Source of the DNA: a virus
Reading direction: 5' to 3' (one strand)
IMG/VR virus record: IMGVR_UViG_3300009553_000019
Coordinates: 32,001 to 96,000 of that record
Length of the DNA: 64,000 nt
The translations under genes and the position numbers were made by a program. This document shows positions 1 to 10,423 of the stretch, one piece after another. The notes below the pieces were generated by a model. The model made no database searches and was not told the origin of the DNA. It saw only the letters and a list, made by a program, of their open reading frames with translations. The stretch's first letter is position 1, and each line of letters begins with the position of its first letter.

Positions 1-1332
1 CCAATTATCCCCACTGATAGAAAGAATGGGCCATTATCAGCTACAAGACCTGCTGATTTTTTTACTACGATGCACAGAGCTATCGTAGTATCGGTTGATG
101 CTGAAAAAGGGAAACTTACAGCACAGTTTGAAGATACCGCTGGTCAAAGAGACAACATCAATGTCCCATTCGGGTTTATCAGTTCACCAATAAATAATCG
201 AAGAAAGTCTGCCTGGAGTAGGTATATACCACAAGAGGGTGATATTGTAGTTTTAGGTTTTGATACAAACCACACACCTAGAATCATAAGTTACAGCCTG
301 ATTTCTTATGAATTACTTTCGGTGTTAAATAGCGAAACTGGTTATCAGTTTAGTACTCTACAGCCAGGTGAGTGGGATCAAAGATCTAGTGGTGGTGCAT
401 ATTTTAGAGGTGATAGGACAGGACTACTATTCCTATCAGGTGGCTTAACGAGTATCTCATTAGACAAGAAACGATTTGAAATACGATCTTCAGCGGGACT
501 TGAAAAGTTTTCAGCAAATCAATCAGTATGGAGACGAGGTCAGGTTAAACGGTCTTTGGTACCTTTTACCCCCGAGACTGTCATTAAGTTTCCAGCTGGT
601 GGTGCACCTGCTACCCCAGCTAATGCAGTACAGATGGATTTGTACGAAAGTACCGTAGATCTTCGGTCTCCTGTTCCGGGAACTCCCTTAGGGTTCCCAA
701 TGGCCTTCAGCTCGTTGGGAAATGTAGTAAATCCGGAGCTGTCTACAGCAGCAGGAGATGCTTATGGCGTTGGTCCCGTAGCTATAAAAAGATTTCCTGC
801 TACTGTGGCAGCTGGAGCACCAGCAACCGCTACAGCTAGGTTTTTTGCTAGGATCTATGCTTCTGATCCAGTATCTCAACTTCCAGCCCCACCCACTCCA
901 CCAGTCCCTGGAACTCTACCATTTGAAATTGGTATTGACCAACTGGGAAATGTTTTCATAAACAATTTAGGTGTAGGTGCTTTGGGTGGGGTAAGGTGGT
1001 TTACTTCTGGAACTCTTTTTGAGTTAGCAGGTGCAGTAGCAATACAACTATCCTCCCCAATCATTCGACTAGGTGGTCCATTAGCTACCGTACCAGCAGT
1101 AAAAGGAACTGAATTTGCAACTGCATTTACTGCTTACTTTACAGCAGTAGCATCTGCAAGTTCTACTTTAGCCGGAGGTAGTGGTTCACCACAATCTGTC
1201 ATTACCTATGGAACAGCCATGGCAGCTGCAGCTACTGCCATGGCTGCTACAATAGCTGGTATGCTAGCTCCACACATCTTAATGACTGAAGCTCCAATTC
1301 CTAGCCTTCTACCTAACATATTGACAGGTTAA
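1..1332 (+). CDS. Baseplate central spike (gpV/gp5-like), probably 5'-truncated by the window edge
   Basis: N-terminal OB-fold-like spike pattern (IVVSVD..KGKL..; YIPQEGDIVVLGF) and C-terminal IRLGG..PAVKG. The frame is open from base 1 to ATG 70. Lies upstream of gp25-like and baseplate J genes. Confidence 0.6.
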   Translation, partial: PIIPTDRKNGPLSATRPADFFTTMHRAIVVSVDAEKGKLTAQFEDTAGQRDNINVPFGFISSPINNRRKSAWSRYIPQEGDIVVLGFDTNHTPRIISYSLISYELLSVLNSETGYQFSTLQPGEWDQRSSGGAYFRGDRTGLLFLSGGLTSISLDKKRFEIRSSAGLEKFSANQSVWRRGQVKRSLVPFTPETVIKFPAGGAPATPANAVQMDLYESTVDLRSPVPGTPLGFPMAFSSLGNVVNPELSTAAGDAYGVGPVAIKRFPATVAAGAPATATARFFARIYASDPVSQLPAPPTPPVPGTLPFEIGIDQLGNVFINNLGVGALGGVRWFTSGTLFELAGAVAIQLSSPIIRLGGPLATVPAVKGTEFATAFTAYFTAVASASSTLAGGSGSPQSVITYGTAMAAAATAMAATIAGMLAPHILMTEAPIPSLLPNILTG

Positions 1333-1345
1333 AAGGAAATCTAAA

Positions 1346-1861
1346 ATGGCTTGTACCGACCTAAGCACATTCGAACGCTGCCTAGTTAACACACTCTTGA
1401 ATTTAGGAGCCTACGGTTTAGAAGCTCTACAATCATTTATCAGAACTGAGCTGATACTAATTGATGCAGAACTTGCAGCTTTGTTGATGCAATTGCTTCA
1501 ATATGATCTACTAGGGCAATTAGCGAAAAAATATGGTGATATTGCTAATGCTGAATTTAATTCGCTGATATCAGTTTTAAACGGACTACCTCTAGGGTTG
1601 CTTGATAAGGAATGTCTTGGATGGGCAAACCTCTCAAATGGGATTAACGGGTTTTTACAAAACGAGATTCAGCCACCATTTCAGCAAATCATTTATGAGG
1701 TTGAGAGGTATGCTAGTTTCCAATCGGAGTTGGCTGCATTACAATCTGATTTTGAACAGCTGAAAGAGCTTTTAACAGGAACCTTAGATTTACTAGATAC
1801 CTTGATCCTTGAAGCAAAGTGTAGAGCTACTGCCGAAGGACAGAATGTAGTAGCAGCATAA
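1346..1861 (+). CDS. Hypothetical helical virion/baseplate protein
   Basis: 171-aa ORF with AGGA RBS, inside the baseplate module. Confidence 0.55.
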   Translation: MACTDLSTFERCLVNTLLNLGAYGLEALQSFIRTELILIDAELAALLMQLLQYDLLGQLAKKYGDIANAEFNSLISVLNGLPLGLLDKECLGWANLSNGINGFLQNEIQPPFQQIIYEVERYASFQSELAALQSDFEQLKELLTGTLDLLDTLILEAKCRATAEGQNVVAA

Positions 1862-1912
1862 GCTTGAGAACATCGTTGAAAATCACGATAAACTACTAGT
1901 GAAATCTATAGC

Positions 1913-2338
1913 ATGTCTTCGACTTTTCTTGTTCAAAATAATGACGCTGTATATGATGTCTCTGGTAGACCAAAAACTATTGTAGATCACGCAAAAGTTC
2001 GTCAAGACATTGCCGAGATGCTATCTATCGAAACTCAACCATCCGGGTTTGGTTCTGGAATTATCTCACTGCTTGGAAAAGTTGATGGAGCACTCTCGGA
2101 TGGAGTAAACAGTAACATTGATTTTTCAATACGAGATAAGATTGAATCTGCTACTACTCGATTTATTGGACTACAGAGAAAGAATCTGAAAAACCGACCA
2201 TTTACAGAACAGATTTCCGGTCTAGACTTTTTTGATGTTCGTCAAAGCTCAACAGATCCCACACTGTATATCTGGAAAGCTGCTTTTAGTACCGTTGACG
2301 GAAACTTTATCAATAGAAGTGGTAGCTTTAATTTATGA
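1913..2338 (+). CDS. gp25-like baseplate wedge/sheath initiator
   Basis: 141 aa, KVRQDIAEML...FGSGI pattern, directly upstream of baseplate J. Confidence 0.55.
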   Translation: MSSTFLVQNNDAVYDVSGRPKTIVDHAKVRQDIAEMLSIETQPSGFGSGIISLLGKVDGALSDGVNSNIDFSIRDKIESATTRFIGLQRKNLKNRPFTEQISGLDFFDVRQSSTDPTLYIWKAAFSTVDGNFINRSGSFNL

Positions 2339-3768
2339 GCGTACCTAAGCTTAATGCAGCTGCATTTGAAGGCCAGCTTAAAACTGGAATAAATGCTAGA
2401 GATACATCTGCTGACACTGATATAGGCCCCATTAGAGACTGGGTAATATCACCAGTTGCTAGGGTTTTTGAAGGGCAGAATGAGAGAATCAGGCAACTAT
2501 ACCAACTTCTGGCTCTTCAACGCCCTAATGAACTGGATCCAGCAGATGTTGATGCTTTCGTTTTTAATGAACAGGTTATCCGTAGTCCAGGTAGTCCAGG
2601 ATTTGTAGATTTAATCTTTTACCGTAAAACTACACCAACTGCTAATTTACCGATACCTGCTAATTTTCCAGTAGCTACGGATCCAGACCCTACCACTGGT
2701 GCCCAGGTAGTTTATGTGACTTTGCAATCTCAACAGTTGTTGGTTGCTACGGCTGGTGCTTACTTTAATGGCATAACTGGCAGATATGAGCTAAGAATTC
2801 CAGCTAAATCATTAATTATCGGAGATTCTGCTGGGGTCAGTAAGAACCGATTAGTTAGGCCACTTCGACCACTTCCTGGATTTGATGGAGTAGTAAACGA
2901 TCAAGATTCTAGAAGTAGCAACCCGGCTGAGACAAATGTTGATGTTGCTGATAGATACTTCCTTAGAATCAGAGGTACAGAAATTGGTACACCAGCTGGT
3001 TTATCCAGGTATGTACTCCAAACATTTGGAACGGTGGAGGATATCGAGATAATTTTTGGTAACGATTCTGCTTTGACAAGAGCAGACATTGATGCTGGAG
3101 CAGTAGATGCCTACATAGTTGGAGAGGCTCCTTTATCTATTACCCAGACGTTGCCATTTCCCGGTAAGCTGAATTTGATGGTGTTGGGAAACCAACCATT
3201 AGTGAACGTGATTTCAGTATCATCTGGTCCTTCCTTCACTGAAGGTGTAGATTTCGATGTCGTATATGATTCTGGTATCTACTCAGGTAGTACTAAAGGA
3301 AAAGATGGAATTCGGTTTAGAGCTACAGGTGGATCCCCTAACATAGGTGATCCTGTAAATATTACGTACACATATGATACACTAACAGTAGCTTTGCAAT
3401 CGTTTTTCAATACGGTAGAGTTTGATGAAACTGGCAGAGACCTACTCTTTCGAAGAGGGGTCAAGGTTCAAGTTGCACTTCAAGGCAACTTGAAGGTAAA
3501 AGCTGGTGACCCCAACACTGTCTTATCAGTTGTTAATCAAACAATTTTGGACTTCTTCAATGGCAGCACAGTACAAAAAGGGCTGAAACTTGGAGATGCA
3601 GTTGAAATCTTTGATATTGATGCTCAGCTATCTAGAATTCCAGGTGTTGATAACTTTGTATACACACTGCTAGCAAGAGTCGGTAGTACTGGAGTTGCAG
3701 ATATCCCAATCGCTAGGTTGGAATATGCTCGCCTAGATCCAGCAAATCTTAGTGTTTCTTTAGTTTAA
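2335..3768 (+). CDS. Baseplate J-like wedge protein
   Basis: GPIRDWVISPVA, GFVDLIF, AETNVDVADR and GAVDAYI motifs typical of baseplate J; ATGA overlap with the previous gene. Confidence 0.8.
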   Translation: MSVPKLNAAAFEGQLKTGINARDTSADTDIGPIRDWVISPVARVFEGQNERIRQLYQLLALQRPNELDPADVDAFVFNEQVIRSPGSPGFVDLIFYRKTTPTANLPIPANFPVATDPDPTTGAQVVYVTLQSQQLLVATAGAYFNGITGRYELRIPAKSLIIGDSAGVSKNRLVRPLRPLPGFDGVVNDQDSRSSNPAETNVDVADRYFLRIRGTEIGTPAGLSRYVLQTFGTVEDIEIIFGNDSALTRADIDAGAVDAYIVGEAPLSITQTLPFPGKLNLMVLGNQPLVNVISVSSGPSFTEGVDFDVVYDSGIYSGSTKGKDGIRFRATGGSPNIGDPVNITYTYDTLTVALQSFFNTVEFDETGRDLLFRRGVKVQVALQGNLKVKAGDPNTVLSVVNQTILDFFNGSTVQKGLKLGDAVEIFDIDAQLSRIPGVDNFVYTLLARVGSTGVADIPIARLEYARLDPANLSVSLV

Positions 3769-3785
3769 GCTGTCGAGGAGTAGTT

Positions 3786-6700
3786 ATGAGTTCTGCAATC
3801 ATCCTAATTCAGCAGAGTGGAGCCCCTGCTGGAGTAGCAGGGAAAAGTCGTGATGACCTAGCTCTGTATTCTGGCGCCAACCCAATCCAAATTTCCTCGA
3901 CTGATGGAACTGCAGGAACTGTTGCATGGGCGTTAATTGATAAACCCCCATCATCGACTGCAGCTATTGCTAATCCATCAATAGCATCTACTACATTTAA
4001 TCCAGACGTACCTGGGTCATACTTTATCCAGCTGACTGTAGATGGAGGTGGAAGTCCAGGTCAGATCCAAAGGTTGGTAGCTGCAGTACAAATCGCCTTA
4101 CCAGTCTGGGTTACAGGAACTTTGGATGCACCAAAGCTCAGAATTCCAGCAAAAGGTGAAACGATAGAGTTTAACGTCCAGTCATCTCCAGCTAGCGGGG
4201 CAAATACTAGAGGCTGGGCTCAAGAGATGGACGAGTGGTTTAGATCCATCTCTCAGTATGCTTTTGGTGTTGCTATTCAGTCAGCATCAACTCCTGTTAC
4301 TGGAACTGGTTATTCCACCTTTTTCACTCTCAACTTTGGATCTGGTTTTACAATAGTAGATGGTGGAAATGGTGTTCTTAACATCTCTACCTCAGGTGGT
4401 GGCGGAGGTGGTGGTGCACTAAGTCCTGCTAACTACACTGTAGCTCTTCCCGGTGGTCCGTTTTCAGTTTTAGATGTTGAAGCATCCTTCTTTGCTCCTT
4501 CTGGTTCTAACATCTACAACTCTGCTGGAAATGCTAATTTTGAAGCATCAGGATCAAATGCTCAATTAGTCGTCCATGCAGGTCATCATCAGAAACTCTT
4601 CCATAACCCAGGGATTCTCCCTGACCCAAATACTACGTTGGGTTATGCAGCTACTATCAACACAGGTTCAAACCCCCACACAGTAACATTTACAGACCTT
4701 GCTGGAACCCAGATTGCAACCTCTGATGGAAGGGTAATCAATCCTGGAGTACTTGGAGCTGGTCCGCAGATCAACATTGGGGCACCAGCTTCACCTCGAT
4801 TGATTGATTGGACGATTAACCCAACTTCTCTTCAACCAGAAGCAACTCAAATAATTGCAGTTGCAGCATCGGTTAATGTAGAAGGATTGATTGTAGATGT
4901 TTCACCAGGCCATCCAACTGGAGCACAAAATCTAGCATATAGTGCTAGTGGGTGGAGATGGAGTAATGGTCAAACTACTCCACCCCTAGCTGCTCCAGGA
5001 ATTTTAAGACTCTTCCACTCAAATGGGGTGGATTATGTTGATGTCTATCAACGAGTTGCAACCCCCTCAACTGGAACTGACAGCTGGACAATTTCAGCTC
5101 CAAGCCCAACTCTTCAAAGGGTTGGTAGAGCATTGTATTGGGTAAATGGATCCACATCAGAATGGGGGTTTTTACTCAATAGCGAGAGAAGATTTATTGA
5201 TGCTAGACAAACTGGATTTTTAGGTGATATTGAGCTCCAACCTGTTGCCTTAGCCAGGATTGATCAGCTTGGCGCTGACTTACAGTTTCAAGCTGGTGTT
5301 GTTTTTGACCACCGGAGAACGGTAGCTGTTAGCAGCCTAGCTGACATGTATTATGATTCGTTTGGTTTAGTTGGAACTGGATCATCAGTACCAAACGATG
5401 CTGTATCGATTGAGGGTGGTTCTTGCTGGATTTCTGGGAGACGCTATACGCTCAAAGGATCATTAGCAATTAACACAATCAGCGGAATTGGTTCTGCTGG
5501 AAAGAAGATTATTTGGGCTGAAGTTGGGGCTGATGGCAAATCAATCTCTCTTAAGGCTGCAGCAGCAACCGATCCGATCAATGGCTTACAAACTGCACTT
5601 TTGAATGGGTTTGATACACAGCCTCCGTTTGCAAAAGATTCCGCTGGTGGGACTCCCAGAAAACGTTGCCCTCTGTGGTATGGCAACTACGACGGTACAA
5701 ACCTATTGGGAGCTGGCAGAGTTGACTTGCGAAGAGATGTGGCGTACTTTGGAAGCTGGTCTGTAGGTACTCGATCTTTTTACGCTTACACGTCTTTGGA
5801 TGGCTCACCCACTCAGCAACCTTTAAGCAGAACAGCAGTACCAACCCCTGCTGGTGGACTGGGGACCGAATTTGAGAGTATAGCTGCCGCTTTAGCTTGG
5901 CATGCAGTTTTGACAGCTGGTTCTTTAGCAGGGACTGTTAACAACCTGCTAGACTCTGGTGGTAGAGGAGAAAACTACCCTTGCTGCTTGAATATCATCA
6001 AGGATACCTTTGAGACCTATCCTTTCACAATCTGGAATAACATAGAGATTCGTGGAGGTGGTAGACCTAATGTCCGATTGATGGCTAGGGCAACCGCTTT
6101 TGGGACCTCTGAACCAGGCTATTTTTGGATTGGTTCAGATTCTTTAGTTTACGGATCAGGTGGTGGTAATCAACTGGTTTACAATGTAAAGATCACTGGT
6201 TGTAATTGGGTGGTTGATAACCCAGTTGGTGATGGCGCATCTAATGCTGAGTGCATTAGAGTGAATGCGCCTTACTGGCTTGACTCTGCTTTCCCGACCA
6301 TCGCACCTCAAGCAAGCTGTCAACATGTGACAATTGATGACAATCGGTTTTTTGCTAGAGTATCAGCTCCAACTACTTCATTCGCAGGAATACGATTTTA
6401 TGCGGAAGCTGGTCCTGGGGGACCTGGAACTCATGCAGGAACTTACCACATCATCTCAATTCGAAAGAATAACCTTGGACTGAGTTATGGTACGACGGGT
6501 AGTTCAAACACGACTCTGGGAGTAGGTATTGGTGGTATATTTACAGCACCAATTAATGGCGAGCTTAGCCAACAAATAGAGATCCTAGATAACACCATTC
6601 GGGCAGGTCAGTTCGGTATTCGATTGGGTGAAGGAAATTGGGGAGTTGATAGAACTATCATTAGGGACAATTTTATAGGTGTAACCCAATCAACTGGAAC

Positions 6701-8600
6701 GTTGATCTCTTTTAGAGATAGCTCAGATTGGGAGGTTTCTAGAAATACAGGAACAACCTCGACATCTGGTGGTACTGGTATCTTTATGTTTGGATCTTGT
6801 CCAAATGGACGGATGTTTGCTAACAGGTTAACCGGTCCATCTAGTGCTACACCAACTGGTAGTGCTATAACTTATAGCTCTTGTTCCGATATCAGAGTCT
6901 ATGACAATACCTTGGTTGGTTGGTTGTATGGTATTACAGCTTCTGCTAGTGTGATTAGAGGTAGCTTTAAAAATAACAAACTTGTTGAAGGTGGGACATC
7001 GGATTCATGCTCTTTCGGGGTGAATTTCCCTGTTACTATCAACGACTGTGAGTTCGTTGGAAACGTAATTAGCGGTTATAGGGTTGGGCTGATTTTAGGA
7101 GCAACTGGTAATGTTACTCGTCTGTCGGTAAAAAACAACACCATTGCTGGTCAATCTATTTCAGCAGTTACTGGTGTAAGTGAATTTAGTGGTAAGGGAA
7201 TCTTGATAGCAATGCAGTCAATACTTGGAACTGACCAAGCTATCGAAATTCAAGGAAATACCATAAGAGACATTGTCACTAGTGATACACTAAGTCATGA
7301 TCTTTTCTCTACACCTACTGGTGGTATTGTAGTTCGAGCGATAGATAATGCTTCCAAAGCATTATCAGGACTAACGATAGAGGGTAACCAAATCCACTGC
7401 TCCAACTCGATAAGTCCTGGATCTGCTTTAATCAACACATTAGGTTGTTGGGGTATTTGGACAAATGCATCTCTTTCAGCTGGTTCAGTATGCAACAATA
7501 CTATCAACAGTGATGGTCTACAGATAAATTGTAATGATGCTGGAGGAACCGGAGATGGTGGGATTCGAGTTGGTTGTGGATCCAGCCCTCTTAGTAGTTC
7601 AACTTTTGCCATCACAAGTGCTATCATAAACGGAAATACGATTACGTGGACTTCAGGATCTGTTAGTGCTAGTCAAGCAGCATCTGCTGGTGTTAGAATT
7701 TTTGGTGATCAGCTAAATACAAAGGTCACCAATAATCAGATGTTGTTGAATTCCACAATGAATACAGACGCCACTTCGTGCGGTAGATTACACGGTGTGG
7801 TTGTAGATACAAACGGATCAAGAATCGCTTCAAATATCGAAGTTTCAAACAATCGAATTTCTTCTGAAGGGTACATGGCTACGCCACTCGGAACTGGTGG
7901 GGTTCCAGTCTGGATTAGATTTAGTAGCAATAGCTGCTCAATCAACAACAACAAAATTTCTGGGTCTTGGCACCACAACATTAATACCTCTGTCGGATTG
8001 ACAGAAAATCTGAAGTGGGCCTTTATTGCTGTAGGTATTGATGGTGCCAATACTACAAATGATTGCACCATTAATGGAAACACTATTATCGTTCCAGATA
8101 TACCAGTAGCTGCTGGCTGGAACATGCTATGTGGCATACGTGTTGGGTTATCTACTGGTAGTGGTAGTAACCTCCAGATAAACAACAATCTCTTGGATGT
8201 AAATCTTTACTCAACTGATCTTGCGGGTGAAGGTTCAGGAGCTCTGGATTCTGGGGCAATTCAAGTTAGTGGTAATGGTGTAAGTTGTGAGTTTGTTCAA
8301 ATTATGAACAACAGAGTTTTTAGGTTAGATCCACGAGGTGCTAGAACTGCAACCGCAATTTCAAATAGAGGTTGGTGTTCTGCCCAAGTGATTGGCAATG
8401 ATACTAACTCTTCGCCAACCCCATTCCCTGCTGTTCGAGACTTGCTTGAAGTTAACGTTGGTGGGATGCCCCATTCGGCTAGGTGGAGTTTAAATAGAGC
8501 TGGTACACCTTCGAGCGTTGGTCGTATTGATTTAGATCCCACCTCATATCTAGCGGATCCAGGTGGTGGAACTAACTGGGATGGGAGCACTTTTAGCTAA
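3786..8600 (+). CDS. Tail fibre/receptor-binding protein with N-terminal PKD-like domain and C-terminal right-handed beta-helix (possible depolymerase)
   Basis: GAGGAG RBS; WALIDKP...FNPDVPGSYFIQLTV (PKD/Ig-like); many IxxNxI parallel beta-helix repeats in the C-terminal half. Confidence 0.7.
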   Translation: MSSAIILIQQSGAPAGVAGKSRDDLALYSGANPIQISSTDGTAGTVAWALIDKPPSSTAAIANPSIASTTFNPDVPGSYFIQLTVDGGGSPGQIQRLVAAVQIALPVWVTGTLDAPKLRIPAKGETIEFNVQSSPASGANTRGWAQEMDEWFRSISQYAFGVAIQSASTPVTGTGYSTFFTLNFGSGFTIVDGGNGVLNISTSGGGGGGGALSPANYTVALPGGPFSVLDVEASFFAPSGSNIYNSAGNANFEASGSNAQLVVHAGHHQKLFHNPGILPDPNTTLGYAATINTGSNPHTVTFTDLAGTQIATSDGRVINPGVLGAGPQINIGAPASPRLIDWTINPTSLQPEATQIIAVAASVNVEGLIVDVSPGHPTGAQNLAYSASGWRWSNGQTTPPLAAPGILRLFHSNGVDYVDVYQRVATPSTGTDSWTISAPSPTLQRVGRALYWVNGSTSEWGFLLNSERRFIDARQTGFLGDIELQPVALARIDQLGADLQFQAGVVFDHRRTVAVSSLADMYYDSFGLVGTGSSVPNDAVSIEGGSCWISGRRYTLKGSLAINTISGIGSAGKKIIWAEVGADGKSISLKAAAATDPINGLQTALLNGFDTQPPFAKDSAGGTPRKRCPLWYGNYDGTNLLGAGRVDLRRDVAYFGSWSVGTRSFYAYTSLDGSPTQQPLSRTAVPTPAGGLGTEFESIAAALAWHAVLTAGSLAGTVNNLLDSGGRGENYPCCLNIIKDTFETYPFTIWNNIEIRGGGRPNVRLMARATAFGTSEPGYFWIGSDSLVYGSGGGNQLVYNVKITGCNWVVDNPVGDGASNAECIRVNAPYWLDSAFPTIAPQASCQHVTIDDNRFFARVSAPTTSFAGIRFYAEAGPGGPGTHAGTYHIISIRKNNLGLSYGTTGSSNTTLGVGIGGIFTAPINGELSQQIEILDNTIRAGQFGIRLGEGNWGVDRTIIRDNFIGVTQSTGTLISFRDSSDWEVSRNTGTTSTSGGTGIFMFGSCPNGRMFANRLTGPSSATPTGSAITYSSCSDIRVYDNTLVGWLYGITASASVIRGSFKNNKLVEGGTSDSCSFGVNFPVTINDCEFVGNVISGYRVGLILGATGNVTRLSVKNNTIAGQSISAVTGVSEFSGKGILIAMQSILGTDQAIEIQGNTIRDIVTSDTLSHDLFSTPTGGIVVRAIDNASKALSGLTIEGNQIHCSNSISPGSALINTLGCWGIWTNASLSAGSVCNNTINSDGLQINCNDAGGTGDGGIRVGCGSSPLSSSTFAITSAIINGNTITWTSGSVSASQAASAGVRIFGDQLNTKVTNNQMLLNSTMNTDATSCGRLHGVVVDTNGSRIASNIEVSNNRISSEGYMATPLGTGGVPVWIRFSSNSCSINNNKISGSWHHNINTSVGLTENLKWAFIAVGIDGANTTNDCTINGNTIIVPDIPVAAGWNMLCGIRVGLSTGSGSNLQINNNLLDVNLYSTDLAGEGSGALDSGAIQVSGNGVSCEFVQIMNNRVFRLDPRGARTATAISNRGWCSAQVIGNDTNSSPTPFPAVRDLLEVNVGGMPHSARWSLNRAGTPSSVGRIDLDPTSYLADPGGGTNWDGSTFS

Positions 8601-10423
8601 TGGCCTGGGGTACTTCAGCCTGGGGTGGAGGTGGTGGAGGAACTGGACCATGGGGAGCATGCATTCCTGGTGGTCCAGATTTAACGCTACCAACTATCTC
8701 TTTACAATCTCCAGCTCCCACATCGACTGTATCAAACAACACCAACATTGCGTTTAGAATTTCTGATGATGTTGGAGTTGATTTTAACACCATTGTCGTA
8801 AAAGTCACTGTCGGTGTAACTACCTACACTGCATTTTCGGATGGTGTTTTTGATCCTCTGTTTAATGGTGTTCAAAACTTTCTTAGTGCGAATGCTACAA
8901 ATGGCTTTGATTTCATCATACAACCTAGTATCGTATGGGCTGCAGGTTCTACTGTTAGTGTTACTGTTGTTGCTGGTGATACTAGCTGCAACCTAGTAAC
9001 TACTAGTTGGTCATTTCAAATTGAGGAGACTGAGTCAGTTTGTTGTGGTCCAATCAATTTCATAGATGTACCCTATCTAGGTGGGTGGGGTGATCATGAG
9101 TGGGGTACCTCATATTGGGGTGGGGGTTTAACGGTTTCTTTACCAGTAGATGGGGGCGGTGTTCCACTAATCGGAAGTATTACCCCTAATCAAGGCTTTA
9201 CTACTGGTGGTGATAACTTCACTATCATAGGATCTAACCTAGCTAGTTTCTTTTTTAATGACCGCTTTTCTGATGCTATTGTTGGATTTCTCTGGTATCA
9301 GATGGGTGGCTTAATTACTGAAGGACCCATTGGGTTCAATGGTTCATTACACTGCAAAACTGTTGGGTTTAACTCATACTCTGGAGTAGTTGCGAATTAT
9401 CTAAAGCCTAATGGCGATTTTCATGTAGCTCTAGACTTTTTGGTTAAAACTCCATTCTTAACTAAAAAGCCACCAGTAGAAGTAGTTCTTGCAGCGGTTG
9501 AAGCTTTTGTTGATGATGGGAATCGTATACGTTTCTCTTATGTTGCAAAAGGGTCAACTAGCATCCTAAGGATGGAGGTCTGGAAGACAGGAATACTTCG
9601 ACACATAAAAGAAAAGCAACTATCTACTTTTAGTGGAAATCTTGGTATTATGCGATACTATGACAGTATCCATAGTGATGAGAAGGTTGCTTTTTGGTTT
9701 AACGGAAATAAGATTTTTGACTGTTTTGATGGTCCAGTCGGTACATTGCAGATTAGATTCTTTACCTACAATAACAATAGTTCCTATGAACTAGAGACAT
9801 GGTTTGACAACTTTATCTCTCATACTGTAATTGTCTTTACTGGTCCATTTGGTAGTGATGTAGTAACTAACGTAGTTGAAGTAAATACTAATCGAGTTAG
9901 GGGTAAGACACCAGCTACTGTTGAAAACTGGGCTGGTGATGTTAATATCAGAGTTACTAATGGGTCAGGATCTGGTTGTGTAGGAACTTGTTACGCATCT
10001 GTAACGCCTTATGTACCTGCTAGCCCTTCTGACTGGGAATCACCAGCACCTACAACAGTCGAAGAAGCAATGCTTCGAATTCAGCTGGAGCTTTTAGATC
10101 ATTTTGATGGGACAGTCTCAACTCTAGGAGTATGTTCTAACTTGGTTGATTTGGCTGCAGACTTAGCCTTGCATATCGACTTTGCAGTCTCACCGACTTT
10201 AGATGATATCTCTCATAAGCTATTCTTACATACAGAACATCCAATTGGACATCCCGATGTGCTAAGTAGTGGTGGATGTTTCCAATATGAGTACCCACCA
10301 GGTTATATCGTTGGCAGGTCTCAGCCATTCCGACCAACCCTAAGAGAAGTATCAATCTGTAATGACGAGGCTCTTAGGAATCCGGGACCAAATATTGGTC
10401 TGGGTCTCCGTGTGGAATATTGA
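8600..10423 (+). CDS. Virion structural protein with Ig-like and IPT/TIG-like domains
   Basis: SITPNQGFTTGGDNFTIIGSNL (IPT/TIG start), WG-rich motifs, position in the tail module. Confidence 0.6.
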   Translation: MAWGTSAWGGGGGGTGPWGACIPGGPDLTLPTISLQSPAPTSTVSNNTNIAFRISDDVGVDFNTIVVKVTVGVTTYTAFSDGVFDPLFNGVQNFLSANATNGFDFIIQPSIVWAAGSTVSVTVVAGDTSCNLVTTSWSFQIEETESVCCGPINFIDVPYLGGWGDHEWGTSYWGGGLTVSLPVDGGGVPLIGSITPNQGFTTGGDNFTIIGSNLASFFFNDRFSDAIVGFLWYQMGGLITEGPIGFNGSLHCKTVGFNSYSGVVANYLKPNGDFHVALDFLVKTPFLTKKPPVEVVLAAVEAFVDDGNRIRFSYVAKGSTSILRMEVWKTGILRHIKEKQLSTFSGNLGIMRYYDSIHSDEKVAFWFNGNKIFDCFDGPVGTLQIRFFTYNNNSSYELETWFDNFISHTVIVFTGPFGSDVVTNVVEVNTNRVRGKTPATVENWAGDVNIRVTNGSGSGCVGTCYASVTPYVPASPSDWESPAPTTVEEAMLRIQLELLDHFDGTVSTLGVCSNLVDLAADLALHIDFAVSPTLDDISHKLFLHTEHPIGHPDVLSSGGCFQYEYPPGYIVGRSQPFRPTLREVSICNDEALRNPGPNIGLGLRVEY